From: Macrostomum hystrix
Lineage: Eukaryota; Animalia; Platyhelminthes
Reading direction: 5' to 3'
DNA length: 64,000 bases
Assembly: GCA_950097015.1 (NCBI GenBank)
Contig: CATNEN010000011.1
Coordinates: 2,914,001-2,978,000 of the forward strand
Below, one piece after another: positions 33,341-45,733 of this stretch (positions within the stretch are counted from its first letter, which is position 1; every line of letters starts with the position of its first letter). Made by a program: the position numbers and the translations under genes. The notes beneath the pieces were generated by a model that made no database searches, was not told the origin of the DNA, and saw only the letters and a program-made list of their open reading frames with translations.

Positions 33341-33732
33341 TTGTAGTTAGCCTACGCAAGGACTTCTATATAATAGCATCTATAGATATACAATAGATGC
33401 TATTTTATAGAAGTCCTTGGCCTACGCGTGTTGAAACGAGGTTGAAACTAACGGCAGCCCGACCTCTGCTGTTGTCTATGGTAGAATCCCGTAGATATGC
33501 ACAGCGGGCGGGTCGTGAAAGGCGTTAGTTTCAACCTGGTTTCCGCCCTCTGCAGCCTATTAATATTGGTATATTCCGTAATTGTAGTTAGCCTACGCAT
33601 GTTAAAACGAGGCTGAAATTAACGGCCAGCCCGCCCTCTGCTGTTGTCTATGGTCGAATTCGGGTCGTGAAAGGCGTTAGTTTCAACCTGGTTTCCGCCC
33701 TCTGCAGCCTATCAATATTGGTATATTCCGTA
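33341..33732. repeat. Two-unit tandem duplication (33341-33580, 33581-33732); each unit carries an inverted repeat
   Basis: Units begin TTGTAGTTAGCCTACG and end TTGGTATATTCCGTAA; AGGTTGAAACTAACG (33439-33453) pairs with CGTTAGTTTCAACCT (33523-33537). Confidence 0.85.
33357..33419. mobile_element. 63-bp palindromic MITE with CAAGG...CCTTG ends and GCCTACG TSD (P-superfamily-like termini)
   Basis: 27-bp arms with one mismatch; GCCTACG at 33350-33356 and 33420-33426; the sister unit at 33581 lacks the insert. Confidence 0.85.
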
Positions 33733-35744
33733 AGTGCAGTCATGAAATTGTATTTTTGTTAAATAATTGATTTGCTCATTTGTTCGGCTTAGCTTAGCTA
33801 AAATGCTTTTCAAATGACCTCTTGTGATCTCTGATACCGTGTAACTGATTAGATTGGGTCGCATAAAACAGAGCCATCTTGTTGTTGAATGCAATTTGTC
33901 AGGACCTAAAAATGTTTTGGTAATTTGCACTAAAACAATTTTAGATGACCCATTTCCACGTCTGTAAATGATTAGTGCTATATAGGAACATGATAGGAGG
34001 CTTTGGTGTTCGGTGAGTAAGAGGTCAGGAGCTCGAATCGCAGCCTGAAAGAAACATTTTTTTGTCTTCAAACACGACGCCTAATACCCGTGTAATTTAG
34101 TTCACACAGCCCTTTCTGAGTCATAGATGTAGTCATTTCTACATCTATTACTAGTGAAAATTCACTGAAGCTATTATTAACTGCATCTTCTTTTACTTTC
34201 TCTCCATCAAACCCCATTGCAATGCCAGTTGCAATTCACTATAGCGGGGCGGTGGCTATATAGGTGAGAAGCAGCTTTGCAGGGGATTTCAAAAACCTTT
34301 CCCCGCTAAATCCCACTCCACTAGTTTCCAAAGTCTTCCTCACTCGCCTACCTCACATCCGCCCGCTTTCTCTCTTCACCTTTCTGTTTCCTATATATAG
34401 CAACTGTATAAATGCGAAGCGTTAGTACGTGTAGCCAGGGCTAATACACCGCACAAGCCTTCTTAAGTGAGTAGGACAGCTAAACTTGACAAAATCCATC
34501 CAGTCCACCCCAGCGCATGTGTGAACAGAAATTAAGTTACCACACACTGCATATACATGCGATTGTGTGACCCGAATGGAAATGCCAATCAATTTTAGTT
34601 CGTCCACATTTCGAGCTTTTCGAAATAATGTCGAAAAAAAGCTGAATGACCCTCGAGTGCACTTGGGTCACCTTTTCAGGACAGTTTAAAATAAATCCGA
34701 TTCTTAAGCTATTAGCCTGTTCTCGGGAGTTTGTTCAATCTAAACGACGACTCCTTTTTGTATCATAACATTATGAACGCTTAATTTAACTGATAGGAGA
34801 GGATCGACAGATGTAGCTGGGTCAGCTGAAGCAATAGGGAATCGAGTATACCCGCTTTGCAGTTAGACGCGAACTCCCGACGTATCTGGTTAGAAGCCCT
34901 GATCTCCCAGGCACTTTAGAAAGAATGGCTTTTAAATGGACAACGTACCTGATAGCAATGAGTTGAATGAAGCACGATATCAGTAGATTAAGCCTTGTTA
35001 TCACATTATCTTCTCTCAGCTGTTCCGAGTTGGTGAAAATATAACAGTCAAAGCTCTCCTGTCAATTGTTGTATAATAAATTCTCCTTATTGTTAGTCTT
35101 CTGCTTTTTTGCCAGCTCTCTTCGTGCTTAAAACTCACTATTTGCTAAAGCTATGTATATATATAGGGTGGGTTGCGAAACGCGAGTGAGTTTGACTTCA
35201 TATTTATGTAGCCATTTCTCTCGTCCTCTCTCTCTCTGGGTCTCTGTCCCTTCCAGCGCTTCAAGCTTCCTCAGATTCTCGTCCAATCGCAATGATCTCC
35301 AAGCAATGCGTCTCTCTCTCTTCTTTCCCCAGTCCAAGTCTCAGTCAGGCAGTCGTTCATCTCCCTAAAGACCACACGCGATTCTAGGAAAAATGTGTTG
35401 GCTGTGTGGGCGTTCTTGCCGACTCGATCTCACGCATGTGCACTTAACTCTACCATCGTGCCGTGGGGGTGCGGGGCCTGTGTCATGCTGCGAAAACTAG
35501 AATTTCAGTAGGTTTACACATCCTTTAGGCCTATGTGTATACACTTATACCTCCAAACGGAGGTATCCTAATAGTGCAAACTAATATATGGCTAAATATG
35601 GCCACTGCTTTACTATCAACATGAATGCATTGAGGAAGCATGTATCGACTTTGTTTCCATTTTTTTTAGTTTTCAAGTCGTGACAAAGTCTCTATGTATC
35701 CCTATTAATTGTGGTAGCTTAAAATGTGGAATACTTATTTCTAT

Positions 35745-36145
35745 AACAACAACAACAACAACAAGAGACGCTAGCCCTAAAAGTCAGGGAGGCAGCGTCA
35801 GATGGCGCGCCGCAGAGCCAGCGCGCGAGCATGGTCCGCGCTGGTGGCAGTTTCGAGCGCCCCGACGTCGCTCAGCGTGCAGTCGACGAAGCGGCGGGTC
35901 CGAGCCTGGCCGCGCCTGAACGGGCCCTGCGGGTGAGCAGCAGGACGTCCTGGGCGGGCTGACGGCAGTAGCTCTCGGCCCGAATATCGTGGCCCGCTAG
36001 TCGAAGTCGCCGCTGGCGCAGGATGGTGGACGGGCGTTGCAGCTGGGCTCTCTCGTACAAGGCCTTGGTACCGACACTCTCGTCAGCTTGAAAGGCCGCA
36101 CGGAGCAGCCCCGAGTGAGCGGGAGTCCAGCTGCCGCTCCAGCGT
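35745..36145 (-). mobile_element. 5'-truncated RTE-clade LINE 3' end
   Basis: (CAA)n tail; minus strand TLERQLD..HSGLLRAAFQADE..RRLRLAGHDIRAESYCRQPAQDVLLLT; clearly related to the 13.9-14.4 kb element. Confidence 0.85.
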
Positions 36146-37179
36146 ATTTTGTGTAAATTTTTTATATATAGTTTGTCTAACTGATCTTGGCGAACCCGCA
36201 TACACTAAATAATTGTATAGTTTAATTAGCCTTGCTAGCTAAAATGTATCAGATTGAGGAGGTCCTTATGTAAATGATGCTAATGCAGCATTTTGATACA
36301 TGTACGCATAGCGACCGTCTCACTTCTCATCATTGTTGCTGCTGCTGCTTGCTATTTTAAAAGCATTTTAGCGTCCCTTGCACACACAGCAAATAGCACG
36401 GCAGCAGGGATCAGAGACAACAACCGCCCCTACAAAGCTAATAGCTGCAGGAACTCGGAGACTCAACAGCGAAGCTGCATAGGCAGGACTAGCTTTCACT
36501 CCGCATGTTGCATCCGACCAGCTCGCTGCATTTTCATCCTCATCTTTTTCCTGCTTGTGTCAAGGCCGCTGCCCTAAAGCCCCCCTCACAGGACTATACC
36601 GCAGAGCACGCTGCTGAGATTCTGCTCAGGCCGCGGAGTTCAAAATGAGCTTTCAGCCCTAATATTACTCCTCTCGTGCCTGATTCTCTACGCTTTTTGG
36701 CCAAAATCTTTCCTCGTTTCGTCTGTCCCTAAAACCCCGTGCCATCTTTCTTTCCTGCGGACCTTCTCTCTCTCCCTCTCCTTCTGTCTCTGTCTATGCT
36801 TCTGCTTCTGAAAATATATTCAGAACATGCAGCAGCAGCCCCCAATAAGCGATGTAAGACTATGGCAGACTTGGAATTGAAGAATGCCTATACTTTTTTC
36901 CTACAGTCATAGCTCCAAGTTCAGGACCCACAGGGAGACGCAGCTCTTACAACGGTCATCCGTTGAAGGCAAGTTGCACACAACCCAGTGTTGGGCAAAG
37001 GGGCCGAATGAATTGGAAATTAAAGAGAAAGCTGCAGGGAGACCACTCCCTCATAATCCATAACGAGGCATGCAGGATGATGCAGTCTATAAAAGGCCAG
37101 TGCATCTTGATTGGCTTTGAGTCCACGCGGCCCCTGACTTTAAACCTCCTCCGTCTCCCTCTCCTCTCTCAACCTCCCC

Positions 37180-37330
37180 GTCTCCATGCAGATATGCCAG
37201 CTGAAAGTAATTGCCATCGATTTGCGCTGATATCATGCATAGGAGAGCAACTTGTGTGTGCCAGTCTAGAGTGGCCGATGCCAAGGAGGAAATAAGGGTA
37301 AGTTGATGAAGTTTCCTCTCCTTAGAGACC
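37180..37330 (-). mobile_element. Possible highly degenerate non-LTR ORF2 C-terminal remnant
   Basis: Minus-strand LLGIGHSRLAH resembles the RLRIGHTRLTH motif of RNase H-bearing LINEs; this is the only motif seen. Confidence 0.25.
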
Positions 37331-40129
37331 GCAACCGCTGGGACTTCGGTTGGTCGCGCTTGACAGGACAGCTGAGGAGGAAAAAGTAACTGCTTTTGGC
37401 CAAGGAATATTTCATTTTCCCCCGACTGCGCTATCGCCTTGTCCTCTGGGAATTCTGGCCTTCCCATCACGACAGCTGAAAAAATAATGCTCGAGAGAGC
37501 AGTTTTCTGAATAAATAATGTCTGTTCAGATTGGATTTTCAACATAGGATGCAAATCAGCTACATTGATCGTTGGGTTACCTAGCAATCATTAGTGGCTC
37601 GACCTAGGACCATTACTAGTTAATTAGCGACTCAAGAAGTGATTAGGTTTGACTCTCATATGGCGACAAATATTTGATTATATTTAGAATTCCGTTGATT
37701 TATAGTACGAGTATTAAATATATTTGCTGCAAATAAACTGACATTTGACAAAATGTGACGAAGCGCGAGTTTGAAGGAACGGCGAGAAAATAGTGAGGAT
37801 AATTACAAAAAAGAATAGTAAGACTAATTCTATCCAGGTAGACCGAGACCTACTGCCCGCAGCCTGTTCAGCAAATCCTGCTGTTCATCTTGCAGGGTCC
37901 GCTCAGGCGGAGACAGGCTCGCACCCCGAGATAACCGGACTGTATTTTATGTGACCAATACTACCTGACACTGCGATCCCGCCTTGAGAAAGCATGGTCG
38001 CAAATTTTGGCCTTTTAATCCAACAATTCGTTCCTAGGCTCGTCCGATTGACCGGGGACCCCTTGAGGATTTTTTAGTAACGTGCGCGACATCGTGCGTG
38101 CGTGCGTTTGTTAACTGTTTTTGCTTACTTGTTGTTGTTGTTGTTTGTGTCGTGATCAGTACAAGTGGCGCAAGTATTGTTAAAGGAGAATTAGAACTAT
38201 ATCCAGACTGCTTCATTGCAAGGCAGAGTTAAATAGGACATTAGTGTTAATCAAATAATGATATTCATTTATATACTGCTATACGAAGCATTTTTAAAGC
38301 ACGCTTGAAATAGCAATATTATTACAAAAATGTAAAGATATTACTATATGCGCATTACATAGGTTCTATAACTACTATTCATAAACTGTGTTCATAGATA
38401 CAATTTTAAATTAGTTGTAATGTGTGTTTTTCTTTTTGTTTATTTTCAAAAGATTACAAATTTTCAGAATTTTTTATGGCCCCTTTTGAACATCACAGAT
38501 TATATTTAAGCTTTAAGATACATTCTTACTTTTTAAATATTCCGCATACTTAATTGGTTCTGTTGTTGTTGCACTTTGGCTTGCGACCATGCCTTTAGAT
38601 ATAGACAGCTACCAAACAAACTACCGTGTAACTGGGTTGGGGTTGAGGATGACCGAGCTGCTCAGGTATCAGGGTTTAGGCCTAGTGGTAGGCCTATGTT
38701 GGCCCATGGTGGCCACAAGATCCAGCAACTCTTTCCATTTAGTTTTTACTCGTTACATTTGATAACTGAACAAGTCAATGAAGTAAGATTAGGCCTATGA
38801 AACTTCATTGATAATTTATTACTGTTTATTTGCCATAGTGGCCTAGTCATGCAAATGGGCTATGGCTTATTAGTGACAATGGGTATGTAATGTAATCTTT
38901 AATCTAGCTCAATCAATAGTCAGGAAGGTGGCAAAATATGAACCAGAACAAATTCTGGGGGGGCAAAGTGTGCCAACTGTGCACCAACTGTGTGCTCTCT
39001 GTGCACATCTGTGCATTGTTTTTGGTGCAATTAGGGCCTAATTTTATTCTTTAAGATGTATAGGCCTATTCAATTTTTTAAAGTTAATATAGCAATTATA
39101 AACTTTTTATAAACTTAGGCATATCACTAACTATCTATCACTATCAATTGTAGGCCCCTATGGCTATGCTCTAGAAACCATTCAATGCAAAGGCTAGTAT
39201 GGCTATGATGACATAATTTATTATTTATCATTATTTATTTACTTATGATGTTAATTGATTCCCTTAGTTTAAGTCTAATAGTGGAACTTGGTTGCCTTTT
39301 TACACAAAAAACAAGAGAGTAGTCCTAGTTTTTGCTATATTTATCTATTAGCTTGAGATTTTTATTGTAAATTAGTATTCCTCTTTCTTTCTAAAAATAA
39401 AAAGATATATTTAAAACTTGATACAGCTCTTATAATTAAAAAAAATTTGTGCCTCAATTAAATATTAATTTAGTTTCATTAGTTTCATATTAATAAAAAG
39501 GTAGCATCCTTTCTCTATACTGAAATTCAAAACTATCTATATATATATCTGCGCAATTGATTTTCTCAAAAATGGCTCAACTGATTTTCACAATTTCTTC
39601 ACCAAAAGATGCCAAATGTGGGGAGAATTATACATATATTTTTATTAAGCTTAACTTCATTGCTAAGGGGATTAAATATTCAACAAACTGTTTTAGATAG
39701 GATTTTTAATGTATTCAATCAGAGCCAGTTTTGTCAACATGCATACCACTGCCAGTTTTAATGATTGCATCAGGGCCAATTTTGTTAAAACTGAGTACAC
39801 TGATAAGAATTTCACTGTGTCAACCCCACTGGCAAGACAGTCAGTGCGAATTTATTTATAAATAGATTGCAACATAGCTTTTCTTAACTTGGGGATCATT
39901 GTCAACTGGGGATCATGGTCAACTGGGAAGTCAATATCAAATGGGGGATCATGGTCAACTGGGGGATCATTGTCAACTGGGGGATCATGGTCAACTGGGA
40001 GATCATTGTCAACTGGGAGATCATGGTCAACTGGGGGATCATTGTCAACTGGGGGATCATGGTCAACTGGGAGATCATGGTCAACTGGGAGATCATGGTC
40101 AACTGGGAGATCATGGTCAACTGGGGGAC

Positions 40130-40401
40130 CATACATGCGCAACACCCGGCCGAACCAGCCAGGTGAAACGAGGGCCAAGCAAGGTAAGTCGCAAAAACCA
40201 ATCGACCAAGCGCAAAAAAATCAAAGGGGGGACCAAGGGACAAAAAAGGAAGGCGTGAAGAAAAGGAAAAAAGGTAGAGAAAAAGAGAGCAAATGAGAGC
40301 AAACTAAGTTGTAAATAGAGCAATGAAATGATCTAAGTCGCAAATGAGAGCAAAAACTAAGTCGCACGGCCGGCTAAGATTTGGGAGGTTGCGCATGTAT
40401 G
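40130..40401. mobile_element. 272-bp MITE with 14-bp TIR CATACATGCGCAAC and 8-bp TSD TGGGGGAC
   Basis: Perfect TIRs at 40130-40143 and 40388-40401; TSD at 40122-40129 and 40402-40409. Confidence 0.9.
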
Positions 40402-40553
40402 TGGGGGACCATTGTCAACTGCGGGATTGTTGTCAACTGGGGTTAACATCAATGGGGAGTCATCATCAAATAGGGGTATCATGGTCAACTGGGTGATCAT
40501 TGTCAACTGGGGGATCATTGTCAACTGGGGAATTATCATCAATGGGAAGTCAT

Positions 40554-40844
40554 CATACATGCACAACACCTGGCCAAACCGGCCGGGTGAAACAAGGGCC
40601 AAGCAAGGTAAGTCGCAAAAACCAATTGACCAAGCGCAAAAAATCAGAGGGGGGGCCAAGGGACAAAAAAGGAAGGCATGAAGAAAAAGAAAAGGGGAGA
40701 GAAAAAGAGAGCAAATAAGAGCAAACTAAGTCGTAAATAGAGCAATGAAATGAACTAAGTCACAAATGAGAGCAAACTAGGTTGTAAATAGAGCAAAAAC
40801 TAAGTCACACGGCCGGCTAAGATTTGGGAGGTTGCGCATGTATG
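40554..40844. mobile_element. Second copy of the same MITE (291 bp) with its own 8-bp TSD
   Basis: TIRs CATACATGCACAAC / GTTGCGCATGTATG; flanks GAAGTCAT and GGAGTCAT (7/8 match). Confidence 0.88.
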
Positions 40845-42379
40845 GGAGTCATCATCAAATGGGGGATCATTGTCAACTGGGGATCATGGTCAACTGGGGG
40901 ATCATTGTCAACTGGGTGATCATTGTCAACTTGGGGATCATTGTAGCTTTAAAAAAGCTGAAAATACAGCTGCTAAAAGTATATACTGGACGAATTAAAA
41001 ATATTTCTGCTCCCCGAAGGGGGGCAAATCTTGCTAGTAGTTATCTAAAAATGTATAATGTATACTTTCATTACTTTTTCTGATTGATTATGTATAATGT
41101 TGATTTATTTGCAGTTATGAAACTAAAAACTATTTACATTTTCTTTGCTTTTGCTTAGGCCTATGCTAGAGATACCATAATTATTAGATAAATTTGAAAT
41201 CATTCTTGCTTCATTTTTATCTCATTCAACAAAAGTTAATTATCTAAAGCTTTTAAAAAATATTTTTATTTCAGTATCAGGCTTTGCTATATTTATGTAT
41301 ATTATGTTGTTAAACTGTAAGTTGTAAATAAAACACCATATTGAAACACATATTTACCATTACTATTTATTAACTTGTTTTTATAATTTTACAAATATGC
41401 CAAATTTGTGTCTAATATTTAATAATAAGGCATTAACTTATTTTATGCTTATATAGCATACATGTAATACACCATAGTCTTATATTATAAAACAAAACCC
41501 AGGCAGATACCAACACTTTTATTATGATCTGACTTAAATCCCCTCAATACAGTATCTTTCAATCTCACCTCTTCATGCTTTTAAATACAAATGTTTATAT
41601 TATTTGTTTATAATATCTTGAGTTTTAATAACTTACCTTCCTGTACATTAATCTCATACAGCAAGAAAAAAATTATTTGAATCTTGGTGTCTATGAGGAT
41701 TAATTAATAAATCAACATTCCACAATTATGTAAGGCAAGTGTCATGGTCTAGATCATATTTAGTGCAAGCCAGAGAAAGGCCAAAGTGCATGTTAAAATA
41801 ATTTTTTGCATGCTTGAAAGTTAGAAGAAAAAAGCTGATAAATAAGACAGCAGAACAAAGTAACTTGTCAACAACCTATTAGTAATTTGGGCTGTAAATT
41901 GTAATTTATGCATTATACCTAACTTAAACATCTTAAGCACATTAAGTGTGCTCACTAATAATTTTCAATGTGAGGCAAGTGTATGCCAACCATGCACACC
42001 AAATTGGGCAGTCAATACAATTTTTTGTTATTATATTACATGATTCAGACTATGTGAAAATACTTTGCATAATAAAATGTTTACCTGATTTTAATCCTAA
42101 AAATATATTTAATTCTACTGGTTATTTCTTTATATTTGTAGTGCTCTTTCTCTTCTATACAGAGGCCTATCAGTATCCTTATTTATATAACTAATATACT
42201 TCCAACTATACCATTAGGGTTGTAAATAAACTTTTTGTTTAATAGTTTTAAGTTTAAGTTTTGTAGCTTCTATTTGGCAAAACCTAACACCCAACATCTA
42301 TTTTGTTACAAGTGTAACAAGTGATCTAGCAAGAAATAAGAATTGCACTTAAAATACTTTCATAGAAAATGATCTTTAA

Positions 42380-42982
42380 CAGTAGGACTACCAAGCCATT
42401 TTGCCGCCCGTTTCTATACCAATGGGGGGGAATTCCCCCCTGAAAATGTTTTTGCCAGCGCCTGAATGCTTTGGGGGTGACTGATTGGTTGACAGACTAG
42501 TCGAGGGTGTCCTGTGGTTGAGCTGCGCCTAATAGTTAGGCTTGAACAGTGAAATTGGAGAAATTCGCATCAGGGTGTCCATAGTGGCCTAGTTCCACCT
42601 GTTGTAGCTCTTGAAGATCTAGATAGATAAGAGAGATAGATCTAGATAAAGGTCGGTGACCGCCAAAGACGGAAATGATGCTAGCACATTCGGGTGACAT
42701 GCTGATAAAGTTTGAAGGTCTGGAGAGGCCGCACTGAGGCGCAGTGCAAATTCGTGTATAGGGGTGTATGAAATACACTAGCTCTTATGGTAAAAATCGG
42801 ACCTTCGGCCAGAAACATTGAATATCTCGACGGTCTGAAGAGCTGGTGACTTGTTTCTTGTTTCAGAAGATGCGCAAAAAAAGTTGGCCCGTGTTCTTGA
42901 GTTTCGTGTGCTTGCATTGTTCCGTTCGGGTGCAGCAAAAAAATTATCTGGGGGGAAGTTCCCCCCCTTGGTAGTTCTACTG
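42380..42982. mobile_element. Non-autonomous DNA transposon (~600 bp) flanked by TTAA, with long TIRs CAGTAG(G/A)ACTACCAAG-G7-AA(T/C)T-C6
   Basis: TTAA at 42376-42379 and 42983-42986; the termini are inverted complements with one mismatch, and the left TIR carries a ~28-nt insertion. Confidence 0.8.
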
Positions 42983-43264
42983 TTAATAAGATAAGTAGTA
43001 ATAGTTGTTAGAATTGTATAGATATAAATTCCAATTGACCAATATTAATTTGTCCATATATTTTTTCATGGAAGGCCATGACACTCCTACGCATTTCTTC
43101 CTTAGCTAGTTCTGGTACCACAAGCCATATGAACTGCAGCTATCAAACTTAAGACATCTTGCAGTTATTAGTACAGAACTTTAAACAGTGTGCTAAAAAT
43201 TGATGACAAGCAATCAAATTAGATTATTGTTCTTTTCAAGTTTGCAGCAAATTAGTTGTACCAA

Positions 43265-45290
43265 ATGCAAAGAGCGCTGACGCCACTGTGCAGGCATCGT
43301 CGCTGTTTGTCCACAGCTTCACTGCGTTCCATTCTATCAGAGGCTGAGTGCAGACTCCAGTGTCCACCGGCGCATCCGTTTGTGCGCAATCTATTATCGC
43401 AAGATCTAGGCGGTCTGGCTGTCAGTTTGCGTAGTTTAGCCGGCACTAAGCATCCCCTGGTTGAAGAGGCTAAGAAGTCTTTGCTATTGTCTACAGTTGG
43501 CTCAGGTGCAACTAATGGGTGTGCTGCGGCTGCTGCGTCTGCTGCAACCATCGGACAGACTCGTCGAACTGTAGTCCTGCTGGTTGCCCGTGCGCATGAG
43601 GCTTCTTTAACTAGGCGAGTAAACCTGAAGATTATGAGGCTCATTTTACTGACTGAAACTAGGTCTATGAATTTCGCTTACAGGAAATTTTCTTGTCGAA
43701 TTTAGCTTGCGAACGTTTGGTTAATATACCTACACGTTCCTCGATTACCTATGCTTGGTGCCTGCAATGCATAGGCACCTGCCTATAGGTGCCTGCCTAT
43801 GCTTGGCAAACTTCGGCAAGCAAACTGCCGCAAGCAAACTTCGTACTCCCGCTGAAACCTGAGGATTAGGAAGCCAGTTTTAGCCACAGGGAACTTAAAA
43901 ATCAGTAGACTTATTTGTATTTGTCATTAATAAACACTCCAGAGGCACAGATCTGCACGACATAGAACTTCTTCGTCGTCGCCAGTGTCAGCTAGCGGAC
44001 ATTTCCGATTCTGTTTACACCGCACTGTCGATTCATTCTCGTGTTATTCAACCGACAGATGCCGATTTGGCTAAGGGCAACGCATTGGCCACACTTGCTG
44101 GCGACTATCTATTAGCGTCGGCTTCTCTTGGCCTAGCTGAACTTGATAGGCCGCCTGTTGTACAGCTGATCGCTGAAGCTATTTGCGATATTGTAGCTGG
44201 CCGTTTTAATCCAATTAATACTAGCAATAGGTAATTTATTTCTACTCAATTGCTTAGAGGCTCTTTTACTGGTCAGTTTAGAAAGGCTGTCTTATTGCTC
44301 AGTTTAGAGAGGCTCTCTGATTGGTCAGTTTATAGGCTCTCTGATTGGTCAGTTTTCAGAGTCTCTCTGATTGGTTAGTTTCGAGAGGCTCTTATTTGTC
44401 AGCTTAGAGAGGCTCTTATTGGTCAGTTTAGAGGCTCTCTGATTGGTTAGTTTAAAGAAACTCTCTTATTAAAGAAGTCACTTTACAGTGGCCCTCTCAT
44501 TGGTCTGTTTAGAGGGTGTCTCTGATGGTCAGCTCAGAGGGTGTCTCTGATTGGTCAGTTTAGAGGCTCTCTGATTGGTTAGTTTTGAGAGGCTCTTATT
44601 TGTCAGCTTAGAGAGGCTCTTATTGGTCAGTTTAGAGGCTCTCTGATTGGTTAGTTTAAAGAGGCTCTTATTTGTCAGCTTAGAGAGGCTCTTATTGGTC
44701 AGTTTAGAGGCTCTCTGATTGGTTAGTTTAAAGAGGCTCTCTTATTTGTCACTTTACAGTGGCCCTCTCATTGGTCAGTTTAGAGGGTATTTCTGATTGT
44801 TCAGTTAAGAGGGTGTCTCTGATTGGTCAGTTTGAAAAGTGCTTATATATGATAACCTGTGAATATTTTCAGTGAAGCGAGCCACGCCAAGTCATCGTCG
44901 ATGCCAAGTCTATCCAGCTGGCTAGATTATGTACGGCTTACATCCGCTTCACTTCTATCTAAGTCAATTAGATCGGCTCTATTAATAGCCGCAGCCAATG
45001 ACAGACATTGTCTAGAAGATCAATCAGGATTGGTTGAGACACTAGATAGATTCTCTGCTAGTTTGGCTGTTCTACACCAAGCCTACAAGGAGAGCTTAGA
45101 TTCGTCGGCACTGCCTTGGACTCTCAGATCGATACTAAACAGTGATGAAAATGTTAACACTGACAGTTTTCTAGGTGATCACGCTCAAGCATGCTTTAGT
45201 GCTGTAGACACTTGGCCTAGTGATAATGCATTTTGTGCCAAATTTTTGAAACAGATTGTTCAAGCCTTGCAGGATGGATCAAAGCAATGA
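43265..45290 (+). CDS. PDSS2: Decaprenyl-diphosphate synthase subunit 2-like (PDSS2/DLP1); exons 43265-43614, 43943-44230, 44873-45290; 351 aa
   Basis: LLSQDLGGLAVSLRSLAGTKHPL, TVVLLVARA, QCQLADI...IHSRVI and GNALATLAGDYLLASA match subunit 2; no DDxxD motifs; Arg-rich N-terminus like a mitochondrial presequence; both introns phase 2, intron 1 is GC-AG. Confidence 0.85.
44265..44835. repeat. Degenerate ~25-27-bp minisatellite (CTCTCTGATTGGTCAGTTTAGAGG) in PDSS2-like intron 2
   Basis: Tandem ATTGG-containing units with higher-order repetition. Confidence 0.9.
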
Positions 45291-45303
45291 ATTTTTTGTA
45301 AAG

Positions 45304-45309
45304 AATAAA
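45304..45309 (+). promoter_or_regulatory. AATAAA polyadenylation signal of PDSS2-like
   Basis: 13 nt after the stop codon, followed by a T-rich stretch. Confidence 0.5.
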
Positions 45310-45437
45310 GCTAACAATGGCTTCATAGGCCAGGCGTTTAATAAATGCTCTAAGAGATTTATAACTTTGTTATATGAAGATTGTTTGTCTTCAAAGGTCT
45401 TTTTTAGATTTATAAAGTTTGTAGTTCTAGTCTAGAC

Positions 45438-45733
45438 TGGGCACATCATTCGGTGACACTAGACCCGCAGCCAGCGAGGAGACAATTCTGTCCATTTCGC
45501 TGACTCCTGAGCACACACGCACACAGATACCGTACGCAGGCATACGCTCACACAGGTGTGTACATTTGGCCTGACTTTCTCACCGTCAGGCAGTGTACAC
45601 TCTCACTGGGACTTAGGAGTTTAGTCCTCAAGGGCGGCTGCGCCCGGAGAGAATGTGGCTTGAAGCCGCGGAATCGAGCTCAGGACCTTGGTCCAATAGA
45701 CAAACGCGTTAGACTGCTCTGCGACCCATTCCC
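45438..45733 (-). mobile_element. SINE family 1, copy D, between PDSS2-like and NADSYN1
   Basis: Reverse complement has a tRNA head (GGGTCGCAGAGCAGTCTAA...GAGCTCGATTCC) and the shared body; the tail is truncated. Confidence 0.85.

Larger units (their letters stand above)
39888..40945. repeat. 18-bp minisatellite (TCAACTGGGGGATCATGG) interrupted by two MITEs
   Basis: Tandem units at 39888-40129, 40402-40553 and 40845-40945. Confidence 0.92.

Noticed and set aside
32296-35282. 15-bp inverted match GAGAATCTGAGGAAG at ~32296 (+) and ~35267-35281 (-) as possible inversion ends
   Set aside because: A few 15-mer matches are expected by chance in 64 kb, and there is no extended homology or TSD.
37087-37587. 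166-aa minus-strand ORF as an upstream exon of the FN3-TM gene
   Set aside because: No LRR, Ig or signal-peptide features are present; the only motif-like segment is in another frame and resembles a decayed LINE.
39852-41083. Cluster of overlapping 6-aa-repeat ORFs in several frames
   Set aside because: These arise from the 18-bp array and MITE sequence; being open in many frames indicates low complexity, not coding.
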